Assembly: GCF_963921235.1 (NCBI RefSeq)
Contig: NC_086097.1
Span: forward strand, 243,600,001-243,664,000
Length of the DNA stretch: 64,000 nt
Source: Mobula hypostoma
Lineage: Eukaryota
Reading direction: 5' to 3'
Part shown: positions 37,795 to 49,615 of the stretch, one piece after another
Layout of the letters: each line of letters opens with the position of its first letter
How positions within the stretch are numbered: the first letter of the stretch is position 1
Translations under genes and position numbers: made by a program
Notes under the pieces: model-generated
What the model saw: the letters and a program-made list of their open reading frames with translations, nothing else
What the model was told of the DNA's origin: nothing
Databases searched by the model: none

Positions 37795-39750
37795 AGTGAA
37801 CCAAAAGAAATGGAGGAGATCTTAGATGGGTTTTTTTTGTGTCTGTATTTACTAAGGAAACTTGCATGGAGTCAATGCGAATAAGGCCAACAAGTAGTGA
37901 GGTCATGGAACCTATACAGATTGAAGAGGAGGAGGTGCTTGCTATCTTGAGGCAAATCAGAGTAGGTAAATCCCCAGGACCTGACAGGGTATTCCCTCGG
38001 ATCTTGAAGGAGACTAGTGTTGAAATTGCAGGAACTCAGCAGGTCGGCAGCATCCGTGGAAACGATCAGTCAACGTTTCGGGCCGGAACCCTTCGTCAGG
38101 ACTGAACCCTGACGAAGGGTTCCAGCCCGAAACGTCAACTGGTCGTTTCCACGGATGCTGCCCGACCTGCTGAGTTCCTCCAGCGTGTTGTGAGTGCTGC
38201 TTTGACCCCAGCATCTGCAGATTATTTTGTGTTGAAATTGCAGGGGCCCTGGCAGATATATTTAAAATGTCGGTATCTACGGGTGAGGTGCCGGAGAATT
38301 GGAGGTTAGCTCATATTGTTCCGTTGTTTATAAAAGGCTCTAAAAGTAATCCTAGAAATTATAGGCCGGTAAGTTTGATGTCAGTATTAGGTAAATTATT
38401 GGAAGGAATACTAAGAGATAGGATCTACAAGTATTTGGATAGACAGGGACTTATTAGGGAGAGTCAACATGGCTTTGTGCGTGGTAGGTCATGTTTAACA
38501 AATCTATTAGAGTTTTTTGAGGAGGTTACCAGGAAAGTGGATGAAGGGAAGGTAGTGGATGTTGTCTACACGGACTTCAGTAAGGCCTTTGACAACGTCC
38601 CACATGGGAGGTTAGTTAGGAAGATTCAGTCACTAGGTGTACATGGAGAGGTGGTAAATTGGATTAGACATTGGCTCAATGGAAGAAGCCAGAGAGTGGT
38701 AGTAGAGGATTGCTTCTCCGAGTGGAGGTCTGTGACTAGTGGTGTGCCACAGGGATCAGTGCTGGGTCCATTGTTATTTGTCATCTATATCAATGATCTG
38801 GATGATAATATGGTAAATTGGATCAGCAAATTTGCTGATGATACAAAGGTTGGAGGTGTAGTGGACAGTGAGGAAGGTTTTCAAAGCTTGCAGAGGGATT
38901 TGGACCAGCTGGAAAAATGGGCTGAAAAATGGCAGATGGAGTTTAATACAGTGTGAGGTATTGCACGTTGGAAGGATAAACCAAGGTACGACATACAAGG
39001 TAAATGGTAGGGCACTGAGGAGTGCAGTAGTACAGAGGGATCTGGGAATACAGATACAAAATTCCCTAAAAGTGGCGTCACAGGTAGACAGGGTCGTAAA
39101 GAGAGCTTTTGGTACATTGGCCTTTATAAATCAAAGTATTGAGTATAAGAGTTGGAATGTTATGGTGAGATTGTATAAGGCATTGGTGAGGCCGAATTTG
39201 GAGTATTGTGTGCAATTTTGGTCACCAAGTTACAGGAAGGATATTAATAAGGTTGAAAGAGTGCAGAGAAGGTTTACAAGGATATTGCTGGGACTTGAGA
39301 AACTCAATTACAGAGAAAGGTTGAATAGGTTAGGACTTTATTCCCTGGAGCGTAGAAGAATGAGGGGAGATTTGATAGAGGTATATAACATTATGATGGG
39401 TATAGATAGAGTGAATGCAAGCAGGCTTTTTCCACTGAGGCCAGGGGAGAAAAAAACCAGAGGACATGGGTTAAGGGTGAAGGGGGAAAAGTTTAAAGAG
39501 AACATTAGTGGGGGCTTCTTCACACAGAGAATGGTGGGAGTGTGGAATGAGCTGCCAGATGAAGTGGTAAATGTGGGCTCACTTTTAACATTTAAGAAAA
39601 TCTTGGACAGGTACATGGATGAGAGGTGTATGGACGGATATGGTCCAGGTGCAGGTCAGTGGGACGAGGTAGAAAAATGGTTCAGCACAGCCAAGAAGGG
39701 CCAAAAGGCCTGTTTCTGTGCTGTAATGTTCTGTGGTCCTATGGTTCTAT
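37795..39750 (+). mobile_element. CR1 LINE, 5'-truncated (RT region), related to 3389-6889
   Basis: ORFs 37839-38105, 38267-38956 (SGVPQGSVLGP, FADDTK), 38868-39857. Confidence 0.95.
38033..38228. mobile_element. Fold-back PLE-terminus element (second subfamily) inserted into CR1 ORF2
   Basis: 16-bp TSD GTGTTGAAATTGCAGG at 38017-38032 and 38229-38244; empty site visible in paralogous CR1 at ~5378-5393; HHR on minus 38067-38104 (CAGUC-CUGACGA-A-GGGU UCCG GCCC-GAAAC-GUU^GACUG) and on plus 38109-38141. Confidence 0.9.
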
Positions 39751-39814
39751 GTGCACTATCTCTGATTAGTCCCTGCCTTTCCATTACAGGCAATCAAAAT
39801 GCTTTGTCACCATG

Positions 39815-40410
39815 GAGACACAGGGAACTGCAGACGCTGGAATCTGATGTAACGTGATCTGCTGGAAGAACTCATTCGGTCAAGCAGCATCTGTGGGAGG
39901 AAAGGAATTTATTTATTTATTTTAATTTAGAGATACAGCACGGTAACAGGCTCTTCTGGCCCATGAGCCTGATTCCACCCATGTTCCCAATTAAACTTCT
40001 AACCTTTATGTCTCTGGGCTGTGAGAGAAAACTGGAACACCCAGAGAAAACCTACACAGTCACTGTGAGAATGTAAAACTCTTTACAGGCAGTGGTGGGA
40101 ATTGAACCCAGGTTTCTGGCACTGCAATAGCACTATGCTAACTGCTATACTACCGTGCTGCCCCACTTTTTGACATACTGTTATGACACAGTCTTCCATC
40201 TCCACCCCCACTTACCTGCCCCACCTGGCATTACCTGCCTGTCATCTTACACCTGTCCTCAGTCCACCAATCACCTCAGGATCCTTTCTTCCCTCACCTT
40301 CTCTCTGCTGGATATCTCACCTCAGACCTCATGCAGGGTTTTTGACCTAAAATGTCAGCAATTTCCTTCCTCTTTCCGATGCCGCCCGATTTTGAGTTTT
40401 TCCAGGAGAT
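39815..40410. mobile_element. Old inverted PLE termini with a V-SINE (~39925-40165, minus) between them
   Basis: ctgcagacgctggaatc...gcagcatctgtgggaggaaaggaa on the left; decayed HHR cagacctcatgcagggtttttgacctaaaatgtc at ~40323-40356; SINE gggaattgaacccagg and gcactatgctaac. Confidence 0.55.
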
Positions 40411-40575
40411 TGTACCATTTTATAACCGTTTCAGGTGTCCATATTTTGTCACGGATTGCCTCCAAGCTGTAAGCAAGATTACCATCATACATTCCTCCTC
40501 AAGTCACCCAGAAGGAAATCTTCAGGCTTCACTTGAGTTTGAATAGATAAGCATAAACAAATTGCTTTGAATATA

Positions 40576-40870
40576 TAGGCATCCGTTAGTCTCGTGAGAC
40601 CATGGATTTGCGCCTTGGAAGGTTTCCAGGGCGCAGGCCTGGGCAAGGTTGTCTGGAAGACTGACAGTTGCCCATGCTGGAAGTCTCCCATGCTGCAAGT
40701 CTCTCCTCTCCATGCCACCGATGTTGTCCAAGGGAAGGGCACTAGGGCCGATACAGCTTGGCATCGGGGTCATTGCTCAAGGACACAACACGCTGCCTCA
40801 GCTGAGGCTCGAACTAGCAACTTTCAGATCACTAGACCGACGCCTTAACCGCTTGGCCACGCGCCAACAC
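40576..40870 (-). mobile_element. tRNA-derived SINE with CORE-like segment
   Basis: Reverse complement gtggccaagcggttaaggcg (A box), agttcgagcc (B-like box), tgtgtccttgagcaa. Confidence 0.7.
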
Positions 40871-40984
40871 ATTTGCATTCATATTTGCTTTGAATATATT
40901 AATCAAATATGCAAATAAGGAGGGTACTTAACAAGCTCCAAGAACTGGGCCTTGAAAACTCGCTGTGCAACTGGTCCTCAACTT

Positions 40985-43195
40985 CCTCATTACAACGGGA
41001 TGAGGGAGGAGTTGGCTAATGTGGATTGGGAGCACAGGCTATTTGGTAGGACAGTTGGGGAACAGTGGAAAACTTTCAAAGAGATTTTTCACAGCGCTCA
41101 GCAAAAGTATATTCCAGTCAAAAGTAAGGACAGTAAGTGTGGGGAGAGCCAGTCTCGGATAACTAAGGAAATAAAAGATAGTATCAAATTAAAAGCTCAT
41201 GTGCACAAAGTCGCAAAGAGTAGTGGGAGACTGGAGAATTGGGAAAACTTTAAAAAGCAACAAAGAACAACTAAACAAGAAATAGGGAAAGGGAAGATAG
41301 AGTATGAAAGTAAATTAGCATAAAATATAAAAACAGATAGCAAAGGTTTTTATAAATATATAAAGTGGAAGAGTGTGGCTAAAGTCAACATAGGTCCTTT
41401 CGAAGACGAGAAAGGGAAACTGATATTGGGTGATAAGGAAATGGCTGAGGCATTGAATGGCTATTGTGTGTCGGTCTTCACGGTGGAGCACACGTCTAAT
41501 ATGCCAAAGAAGGATGTTATGGACGAAACTGGAGGTGAGGACCTCGATAAAATCACTGTCACTAAAGAGGTAGTGATGAGCAAACTAGAGGGCCTGAAGG
41601 TAGATAAGTTCCCTGGTCCTGATGGGATGCATCCCAGGGTGCTGAGGGAATTGGTGGAGGTTATAGCAGACGCGTTGGTAATCATTTATCAAAACTCTCT
41701 AGACTCTGGGCAGGTCCCAGTGGATTGGAAGACAGCAAATGCCGGACCACTTTTTAAAAAAGGATGTAGGCAAAAGACAGGCAACTATAGGCCAGTTAGC
41801 TTAACATCTGTAGTTGGGAAAATACTTGAAGTTGTCATTAAGGAAGAAATAGTGAAACATTTAGAAAGGAGTGGTTCCATTAGACAGACGCAGCATGGAT
41901 TCAGAATGGGCAGGTCCTGTTTGACAAACTTACTGGAGTTCTTTGAGGACATAATGAGTGCAGTGGATAGAGGAGAACAGGTGGATGTCATATACTTGGA
42001 TTTCCAGAAGACGTTCGATAAGGTGCCGCACAAGAAACTTATAAATAAGATACAGATGCATGGAGTCGGAGGAAGTGTATTGGCATGGATAGTGGATTGG
42101 TTAACCGATAGAAGGCAGAGAGTTGGTATAAATGGGTGTTTCTCCAGTTGGCAGTCTGTGGTGAGTGGGGTGCTGCAGAGGTCGATGCTGGGTCCGCGGA
42201 TGTTTATCATTTACATTGATGATCTGGAAGAGGGGACTGAGTGTAATGTAACAAAATTTGCTGATGACACTAAACTGAGTGGAAAAGCAAATTGTACAGA
42301 GGATGCGGAGAGTCTGCAGAGGGATATAGATAGGTTAAATGAGGGGGCCAAGGTCTGGCAGATGGAATACAATGTTGGTAAATGCGAGATCATCCACTTT
42401 GGAGGGAATAATAGAACAGCAGATTATTATTTAAATGGTGAAAGATTGCAGCATGCTGTTGTGCAGAGAGACTTGGGAGTGCTTGTTCATGAATCGCAAG
42501 AAGTTGGCTTGCAGGTACAACAGGTTATTAAGAAGGCAAACGGAATGTTGGCCTTCATTGCTAGAGGGATTGAATTGAAGAGCAGGGAGGTCATGCTGCA
42601 ACTATACAGGGTACTGGTGAGGCCGCACCTGGAGTACTGTGTGCAGTTCTGGTTTCCATACTTGAGGAAGGATATACTGGCTTTGGAGGCAGTGCAGAGG
42701 AGGTTCACCAGGTTGATTCCAGGGATGAAAGGGTTCACCTACGAGGAGAGATTGAGTCGCCCAGGACCATACTCTCTGGAGTTCAGAAGAATGAGAGGGG
42801 ATGTTATAGAAACACACAAAATTTTGAAAGGGATAGTTAAGATAGAAGTAGGAAAGTTGTTTCCATTGGTAGGTGAGACTAGAACTAGAGGACATTGCCT
42901 CAACATTCAAGGGCTAAGATTTAGGATGGAGATGAGGAGAAACTGTTCTTCCCAGAGAGTGGTGAATCTGTGGAATTCTCTGCCCAGGGAAGCAGTTGAG
43001 GCTTCTTCACTAAATACATTTAAGAAACAGTTTGATAGGTTTGTACATAGTAAGGGAATAAAGAGTTATGGGGAAAAGGCAGGTAGATGGAGCTGAGTTT
43101 ACAGACAGATCAGCCATGATCTTATTGAATGGTGGGGCAGGCTCGATGGGCTGGATGGCCGGCTCCTGCTCCTATTTCTTATGTTCTTATGTTCT
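40985..43195 (+). mobile_element. CR1 LINE, 5'-truncated, distinct subfamily
   Basis: ORF 40952-41323, stop, then ORF 41375-43096; 3' tail ttcttatgttcttatgttcta. Confidence 0.95.
41375..43096 (+). CDS. CR1 ORF2 reverse transcriptase portion, open over 573 aa (no endonuclease; PQG motif altered to LQR)
   Basis: NYRPVSLTSVVGKILE, QHGFRMGRSCLTNLLEFF, YLDFQKTFDKVPH, FADDTKLSG, RPHLEYCVQFW. Confidence 0.75.
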   Translation: MAKVNIGPFEDEKGKLILGDKEMAEALNGYCVSVFTVEHTSNMPKKDVMDETGGEDLDKITVTKEVVMSKLEGLKVDKFPGPDGMHPRVLRELVEVIADALVIIYQNSLDSGQVPVDWKTANAGPLFKKGCRQKTGNYRPVSLTSVVGKILEVVIKEEIVKHLERSGSIRQTQHGFRMGRSCLTNLLEFFEDIMSAVDRGEQVDVIYLDFQKTFDKVPHKKLINKIQMHGVGGSVLAWIVDWLTDRRQRVGINGCFSSWQSVVSGVLQRSMLGPRMFIIYIDDLEEGTECNVTKFADDTKLSGKANCTEDAESLQRDIDRLNEGAKVWQMEYNVGKCEIIHFGGNNRTADYYLNGERLQHAVVQRDLGVLVHESQEVGLQVQQVIKKANGMLAFIARGIELKSREVMLQLYRVLVRPHLEYCVQFWFPYLRKDILALEAVQRRFTRLIPGMKGFTYEERLSRPGPYSLEFRRMRGDVIETHKILKGIVKIEVGKLFPLVGETRTRGHCLNIQGLRFRMEMRRNCSSQRVVNLWNSLPREAVEASSLNTFKKQFDRFVHSKGIKSYGEKAGRWS

Positions 43196-43199
43196 AGCA

Positions 43200-44440
43200 G
43201 ATACAAATTGGCAACACCTCCTCCACAATTACCATCAGCACAGGTGCACCAAAAAGCTGTGTGGTTCGTCCTCCTGCTCCACTGACTTTATACCTATGAT
43301 TGTGTGGCTAAGTATAGCTCCAATAACATAATTAAGTTTGCTGATGACACCAGTGTTGTCAGCCGAATCATGGAAGGTGGTCACGATTTGGCAGATACGA
43401 GGGAGACAGAAAATCTAGTGGGGTGGTGCCAAAACAATAATGTCTCACTCATCGTCATCAAAACCAAAGAGCTGATTACCAACTACAGGAGGAAGAAGCT
43501 AGAGGTATTGAGGCAGTCCTTTTTAAAGGATCATTTTAAGGTTTCTTTTCCAAAGATTAGCTTTATTTGTTACACATACATCAAAAATCAGGTGGCATAG
43601 TGGAGATACGTTTCTACCAAAGGATATAAGGTGCTCCTTCCATCCGCCAGCCTGCAGATCACCCTGGGCAAGGTGTCGCACCTGCTTAGTCCCCCCATCG
43701 ATCAGGGTCACGTGAAGCCATGGGAGCAGGTGGTGGATGGTCGTATGAGCAGCCGGTGCGTAACACAAGTCCTGGTTATGCAACCACTGACGCCAAGCAG
43801 ACAACCTGTGAGGAGTATTGATAATGGTGGGGGGGTCACCCATCTTGTAAAGAAACCACCCAGAAGAAGGCAATGGCAAACCATTTCTATAGAAAAAATT
43901 GCCGAGAACAATCATGGACAGGAGACCGTGATCACCTACATCAAATGACATGGCACATGATGATGATGATGATCACATCGAAAATACAGTGAAATATATC
44001 ATTTGCATCAAATCCTATCAGTGGGGACTGTTCTGGACAGTACGTCTTTGGACTGTGGGAGGAAACCGGAGCACCTGGAGGAAACCCACGTTGGCACAGG
44101 GGGAACATACCAACTCCTTTCAGGCAGCGACTGGAATTGAACCCCGACTGGTGGTTGCTAGCGCTGTGAGGCAGTGCACTAACTGCGGAGGTGAACAGGG
44201 CCAGTAGCTTTAAGTCGCTTGGCACTAACAATCAGAGGAGCTGTCCCGGGACCAGCACGGAAGTCTCATCACAGAGAAGGCATAACAGCACCTATACTTT
44301 CTTAGATGCCCGCGTAGCTTCGGCATGTCTACACAAATTTTGACACGGTGCACAGTAGAGAGGCGGGATACTCCTACCTGGCTGCATCACAGCCTGGTAT
44401 GGGAAACACCAACGCTCAGGAATGGAAAAGTCTTCAGAAA
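43200..44440 (+). mobile_element. Rex1/Babar-like RT fragment with nested SINEs
   Basis: STGAP, IIKFADDTSVVSRI, WCQNNNVSLIVIKTKELI; resumes at ~44230; V-SINE piece at ~44040-44190 (minus). Confidence 0.7.
43589..43974 (+). mobile_element. Short non-autonomous retroposon with RTE/BovA-like segment and (GAT)n tail
   Basis: gaagaaggcaatggcaaacca...ttgcc motif; flanking ACATC(A/G)AAAAT at 43578-43588 and 43975-43985. Confidence 0.6.
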
Positions 44441-44479
44441 GAAAACTAGTAACTACAGTACATCCAGCTGCAACTCCTT

Positions 44480-46540
44480 AAAGACCATGTTAGAGAGTTG
44501 GAGCTGCAGCTGGATGACCTTCGACTTATACGGGAGAACGAGGAGGTGATAGATAGGAGCCACAGCAAGGTAGTCCACCCCCTAAATTCTCATTGAACAG
44601 TTAAGGCAGTGGGGATGCCAGACAGGATAGTGGAACGCTCCTCTTGCGGGATGCGGGAAGGCAGGGAGACCTCCAGTGTCCCCCACGACTCACCTGCAAG
44701 AAGTGTATTCAGCTGCCGCTTCTTTTGGACCGTGTTAAGGAGTTAGAGCTGGAACTGGAAGAACTCCAGGAGACTGAGGGGTTGGCAGACAGGCCCTATA
44801 GGGAGGTAGTCACACCAAAGGTGCAGAACACAGGTAACTGGGTGACCGTAAAGAGGGAGAAAGGGCATAGGCAGCCAGTGCAGAGAACACCTGTAGCCAT
44901 CCCCCTCAATAACAGGATACTGTTTCCTACTTTTGGATACTGTTGGGGGTGGGAGGGGAGGAGAAATGACCTAACAGAGGAAAGCCTCAGTGGTCAGGAC
45001 TCTGGTACTGAGTCCGCCTCTGTGGCTCAGAAAGGAAGAGAGGAGAAGAGGACATTTGCAGTAATAGGGGATTCACTGGTGAGGGGAATGGACAGGAGGT
45101 TCTGGGGATGAGAACGAGATTCCTAATTGGAATGTTGCCTCACATGTGCCAGGTTCAGGGACATCTTGGATCGAGTCCTCAGCAATCTTAAGTGGGAGGG
45201 TGAGCAGCCAGAGGTCGTGGTCCACGTAGGGACCAATGACATAGGTAGGAAGAGAGATGAGGATTGGCAAAGTGAGTTCAGGGAGTTAGGTGCAAAGTTA
45301 AAGGGCAGGACCTCCAGGGTTGTGATCTCAGAATTGCTAACCATGCCGCGTACTAATGAGGCCAGAAATAGGAGGTTCATACAGTTTAAACACATAACTA
45401 AGGAGTTAGTGCAGGAGGGAGGCCTTCAGATTTTTGGATGATAGGGCTCACTTCCAGGGAAGGTGGGATGGTTTGCACCTGAACTGGAGGGCGACTAATA
45501 TTCTTGGGAGAAGGTTTTCTGGTGCTGCACAGGTGGGGGGGGGGGGCGGTTGTTAAAGTAGAGTTGCAGGGGGATGGGAACCAGGGCATCAGAGCAGACA
45601 GTGCAGTGGTTGTGGGGAAAGATGCTGTTAAGCCTAGCAGGAATCAAAAGGTTGAGCATCGTGGGGCTACATTTTGAGTAGTCTATAATTCAATGCAAGG
45701 AGTATTGTAGGAAAGGCAGATGAGCTTTGGTCATGGGTCAACACCAGAAATTATGATACTGTAGCCATTAGTAAGACACGGTTGCAGGAGGGACAGGACT
45801 GGCAGCTTAATATTCCAGGGGTCTGTTGTTATAGATGCGATTACTGAGGAATAAGAAAGGAATAGCCATGTTTAAGGCATTATATTATTGACCACCCAGG
45901 ATTTAGAGGAGCAAATTTGTAGAGAGATCTCAGACTGTTACAAGAAAAGTGACGTTGAAATAGTAGGTGATTTTAACTTCTCACATATTGACTAGAACTC
46001 CCATACTGTAAACAGGCTGGATGGAACAGGGTCTGTCAAATGTGTTCAGGAAAATTTCCTTAATCAGGGCATAGAAGTCCCAAAGAGAGAGTGTGTGATA
46101 CTAGATTTTCTATTAGGGAATGAGACAGGTGTTACGTACTGTAACCTTTAGAAATAAACCAGCAGCAAGAGATTTCACACTGAGTGTGACACAGGGAAGA
46201 TGACAGAAGTTTGTGTAGTGGAACAGTTAGCACCTAGTAGGCTTTTTCCACTGAGGTTGAGTGAGAATAGAACTAGGGGTCATAGGTGAAAGGTGAAACG
46301 TTTAAGGGGAACATGAGGGCAAATTTCTTTACTAAGGCGGTGATGAGAATGTGATGGGAACTTCCAGCAGAGGTGGTAGATGTGGGTTTGATCTCAACGT
46401 TTAAGTCAAATTTGGATTGGCAAAAGGATAGGAAGGGTATGGAGGGCTATGGTCTGGGTGCAGGTAGGTAAATAGTTCAGCATGGACTAGATGGGCCAGA
46501 TGGCCTGTTTCTGTTCTGTAGTGTTCTATGACTCCATGAC
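44480..46540 (+). mobile_element. Decayed CR1: ORF1 and APE joined to the 3' end, with the RT deleted (junction ~46238)
   Basis: TCKKCIQL, VIGDSLVRG, VVHVGTNDIG; APE EVCVVEQLAPS runs directly into ggctttttccactgagg near the ORF2 end. Confidence 0.75.
46130..46191. mobile_element. 62-bp LTR-like remnant
   Basis: TGTTAC...GTGACA termini; 4-bp TSD CAGG at 46126-46129 and 46192-46195; interrupts the CR1 APE. Confidence 0.6.
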
Positions 46541-46589
46541 TCTGAGCTGTGTTACATATTGGTACCCTAATGGGATTTATATACATGTC

Positions 46590-48871
46590 TCTGAATAATA
46601 GTCAGGATGTGGGCGGCAAGTTACAAATGCAGACTGAAAAGGCGTGTGAAAAGGGCAATTTCACAGTAGTCATGGGGGATCTCAGTATGTAGATAGACTG
46701 GGAAAATTGGGTTGGTGCTGAATCCCAAGAGAGGACATTCGCAGAATGTCTACAAGATGACTTTTAAGAGCATCTTGAGGCTGAGCCCACTAGGGGAAAG
46801 GCAATTCTAGTCTGAATATTGTGTAATGAACTGGATTTGATAAGGACCTTCAGGTAAAGGAAACCTTAGAAAGCAATTATCATAATATGATAGAATTCAC
46901 CCAGAAAGTTTGAGACGGAGAAGCTAAAGTCACATGTATTAGCATTAGAGTGGAGTAAAGGGAATCACAGAGGCATGAGAGAAGATCAGGCCAAAGTTGA
47001 TTGGAAGGAAACACTAGCAGGGATGATGACAGAACAGCAGTGGCTGGAGTTTCTGGGAGCAATTCGGAACAGGGCACATACATCCCAAAGAAGAATAAGT
47101 ATTCTGAAGGGAGGGTGAGGCAACTATGGGTGGAAGGGGAAATCACAAAGACCATACAAAGACCAAAGCTTATAACTGAGCAAAAATTAGTGGGAAGTTA
47201 GAGGATTCGGATGCTTTTAAAAATGAACAGAAGGCAATTAAAAAACAATAAGGAGAGAAAAGATGAAATATGAAGATAAGCTTGCCAATAATATAACAGA
47301 GAATACAAAAAGATTTTTTCAGAAATATCAAGAACTAAAGAGAGGCAAGAGTGGATATCAGACCATTGGAAAATGATGCTGGAGAAGTAGTAATGGGGGG
47401 GGGCAAAGAAATGACAGATGAACTTAAGAGGTATTTTCTATCAGTCTTTACTGTGGAAAACACTAGCAGTACGCCAGAAAATCAAGAGTATCGTGGGGCA
47501 GAGGTGAGTATAGTTGGTATTACTAAGGAGAAGATGGTTGGGAAACTGTAAGTCTGAAGCTAGATAAATCACCCGGACCAGGTGGTCTACACCCATAGTT
47601 GAGCGTGTCGTGACTAATGTTCTGAGTTGTGCATATTCTGAGTATTGTAGGAAAGGTGGATTAGCTTATGGAATGGCTCAGCATGTGGAGTTATGAAACT
47701 TGGGTGCCAGAGGGGCGGGACTGGCAGCTCAATGTTCCAGGGTTCTGTAGTTTTAGATGTGATAGAGTGGGAAGGATTAAAGGGTGGCACTACGAGTCAG
47801 GAAAATGTCATGGCAGTACTCCGATAGGAAAGGTTGGAAGGCTTGTCTACTGAGGCTAAATGGGTGGAGCTGAATTATTAATAAAGGCATGACCACTTTA
47901 ATCCGATTATAGATTACCCAATGGTCAGCAGGATTTAGAGAAGGCGATTTGTAAAGATTGCAAGGATCATAAGATGATTTTCACTTTCTACATATTCTTG
48001 GGCTAGATGGTTTGAGCATGGTGGGACTAATGCAGCGGACTGCCAGAATGCAATGATTGGTTGGCTTCTGGGGACTAATGGTGTTCTGCAGGAGGAGATG
48101 GTGTTGGGACTGCTTTTTTTTTCCACAATATCTCAATGATGGAGTAGACCTGCAGTACTTTAAGTTCTTAATGTCCTGCAGGGTCTCACAATCATAAAAA
48201 AAATGTTTAAAAAGGACAATAATACCTTCGGTTGACTCCACAGAAGATGCTGTGATCGAACACAATGTCACCTTACCAGAAGTGTATGGTCATGCACATT
48301 AATAGAGGGAATAAAGGCACAGAACATTTTCTAAATGGGGAGCTAAGTCAGAAATTTGAGGTGCAAAGGGACTTGGGATTCCCTAACCGTTCACTTGCAG
48401 GTCGAGTCAGTGGTAAGAAAGGCAAGTGCAATGTTAGCATTCATTTCGAGAGGGCAAGAATAGAAAGCTAAAGAGATAATGCTGAGGCCTTATGAGGCAT
48501 TGGTCAGACCATCAAGGATCTAAGAAAGGGTGTATTGACACTGGATGGAGTTCAGAGGAGAATCACAACAATGATCCCATGAATCAAAGGATGAGTGTAT
48601 GAGGAACGTTTGATGGCTCCAGGCCTGACTCACTGGACTTTCAAGGAATGAGGGGGACCTCAGGATGAATGCCTCAAAAAGGCAGCATCCATCATTAAGC
48701 ACCCCTATCACCCAGGTCGTGCCTGCTTCTAATTGCTACCATCAGGGAGGAGGTACAGGAGTCTGAAGACACACACTCAATGATTCAGGAACAGTTTCTT
48801 TCCCCCTAAATGGACGTTGGCCAATGAACACTACCTCATTTTTTTTCTTTTTGCTCTATTTGTTTAATTTA

Positions 48872-48915
<44 letters not shown>

Positions 48916-49615
48916 TTTTTGTAACATATAGTTTTTATTATGTATTGCATTGCACTGCTGCCACAAAACAACAAATTTCACGACATATGCCTGTGATGTT
49001 GAAACTTGATTTTGGTTCTGAAACCTATTAAATATTGAAAGCCGAGAGTGGACATGGAGAGGATGTTCCCTATAGTGGGGAGTCCAGGGCCAGAGGGCAC
49101 AGCCTCAAAATAGAAGGGCATCCCTTTAGAACAGAGATGGAGGAATTTTTTTAGCCAGGGGATGGTGAATCTGTGGAATTCATTGCCACCGACAGCTGTA
49201 GAGGCCAAGACATTGGGTATATTTATAGTGGAGAGCGATAACTTCTTAATTAGTAACGACGTCAAAGATCATGGGGGAAAATGGGATTGAGACCATAAGA
49301 CAATGGAGAAGAAGTAGACCATTCGGCCCATCAGGTCTGGTCCACCACTCCATCATGGCTGATTTATTACCCCTCTCAACTCCATTCTCCTGCCTTCTCC
49401 CCTAACAGATACCCTTCTATTTTGAGACAGTGACCTCTGGCCCAAGACACACCCACTGCAGGAACCCTCCTCTCCAAGTCCACTCCATCTAGACCTTTCA
49501 ATATTCAATAGGTTTCAATGAGATATCTCCCCATTCTTCTAAACTCCATCAAGTGCAGGCCCAGAGTTGTCAAATGCTCCTCATATGCTGACCCTTTCAT
49601 TGCAGGGATCATGGG
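46590..49615. mobile_element. Mosaic of old CR1 fragments with a nested Rex-like 3' end (~48660-49020)
   Basis: gtagtcatgggggat (VVMGD), DIRPLENDAGE, ataaatcacccggacca, QRDLG and 3'UTR pieces on both strands. Confidence 0.65.
48875..48914. repeat. (TA)20 microsatellite
   Basis: Directly visible. Confidence 0.95.

Noticed and set aside
41375..43096. 573-aa RT ORF as a domesticated or active gene
   Set aside because: Ordinary 5'-truncated CR1: upstream in-frame stop, no endonuclease, PQG motif mutated
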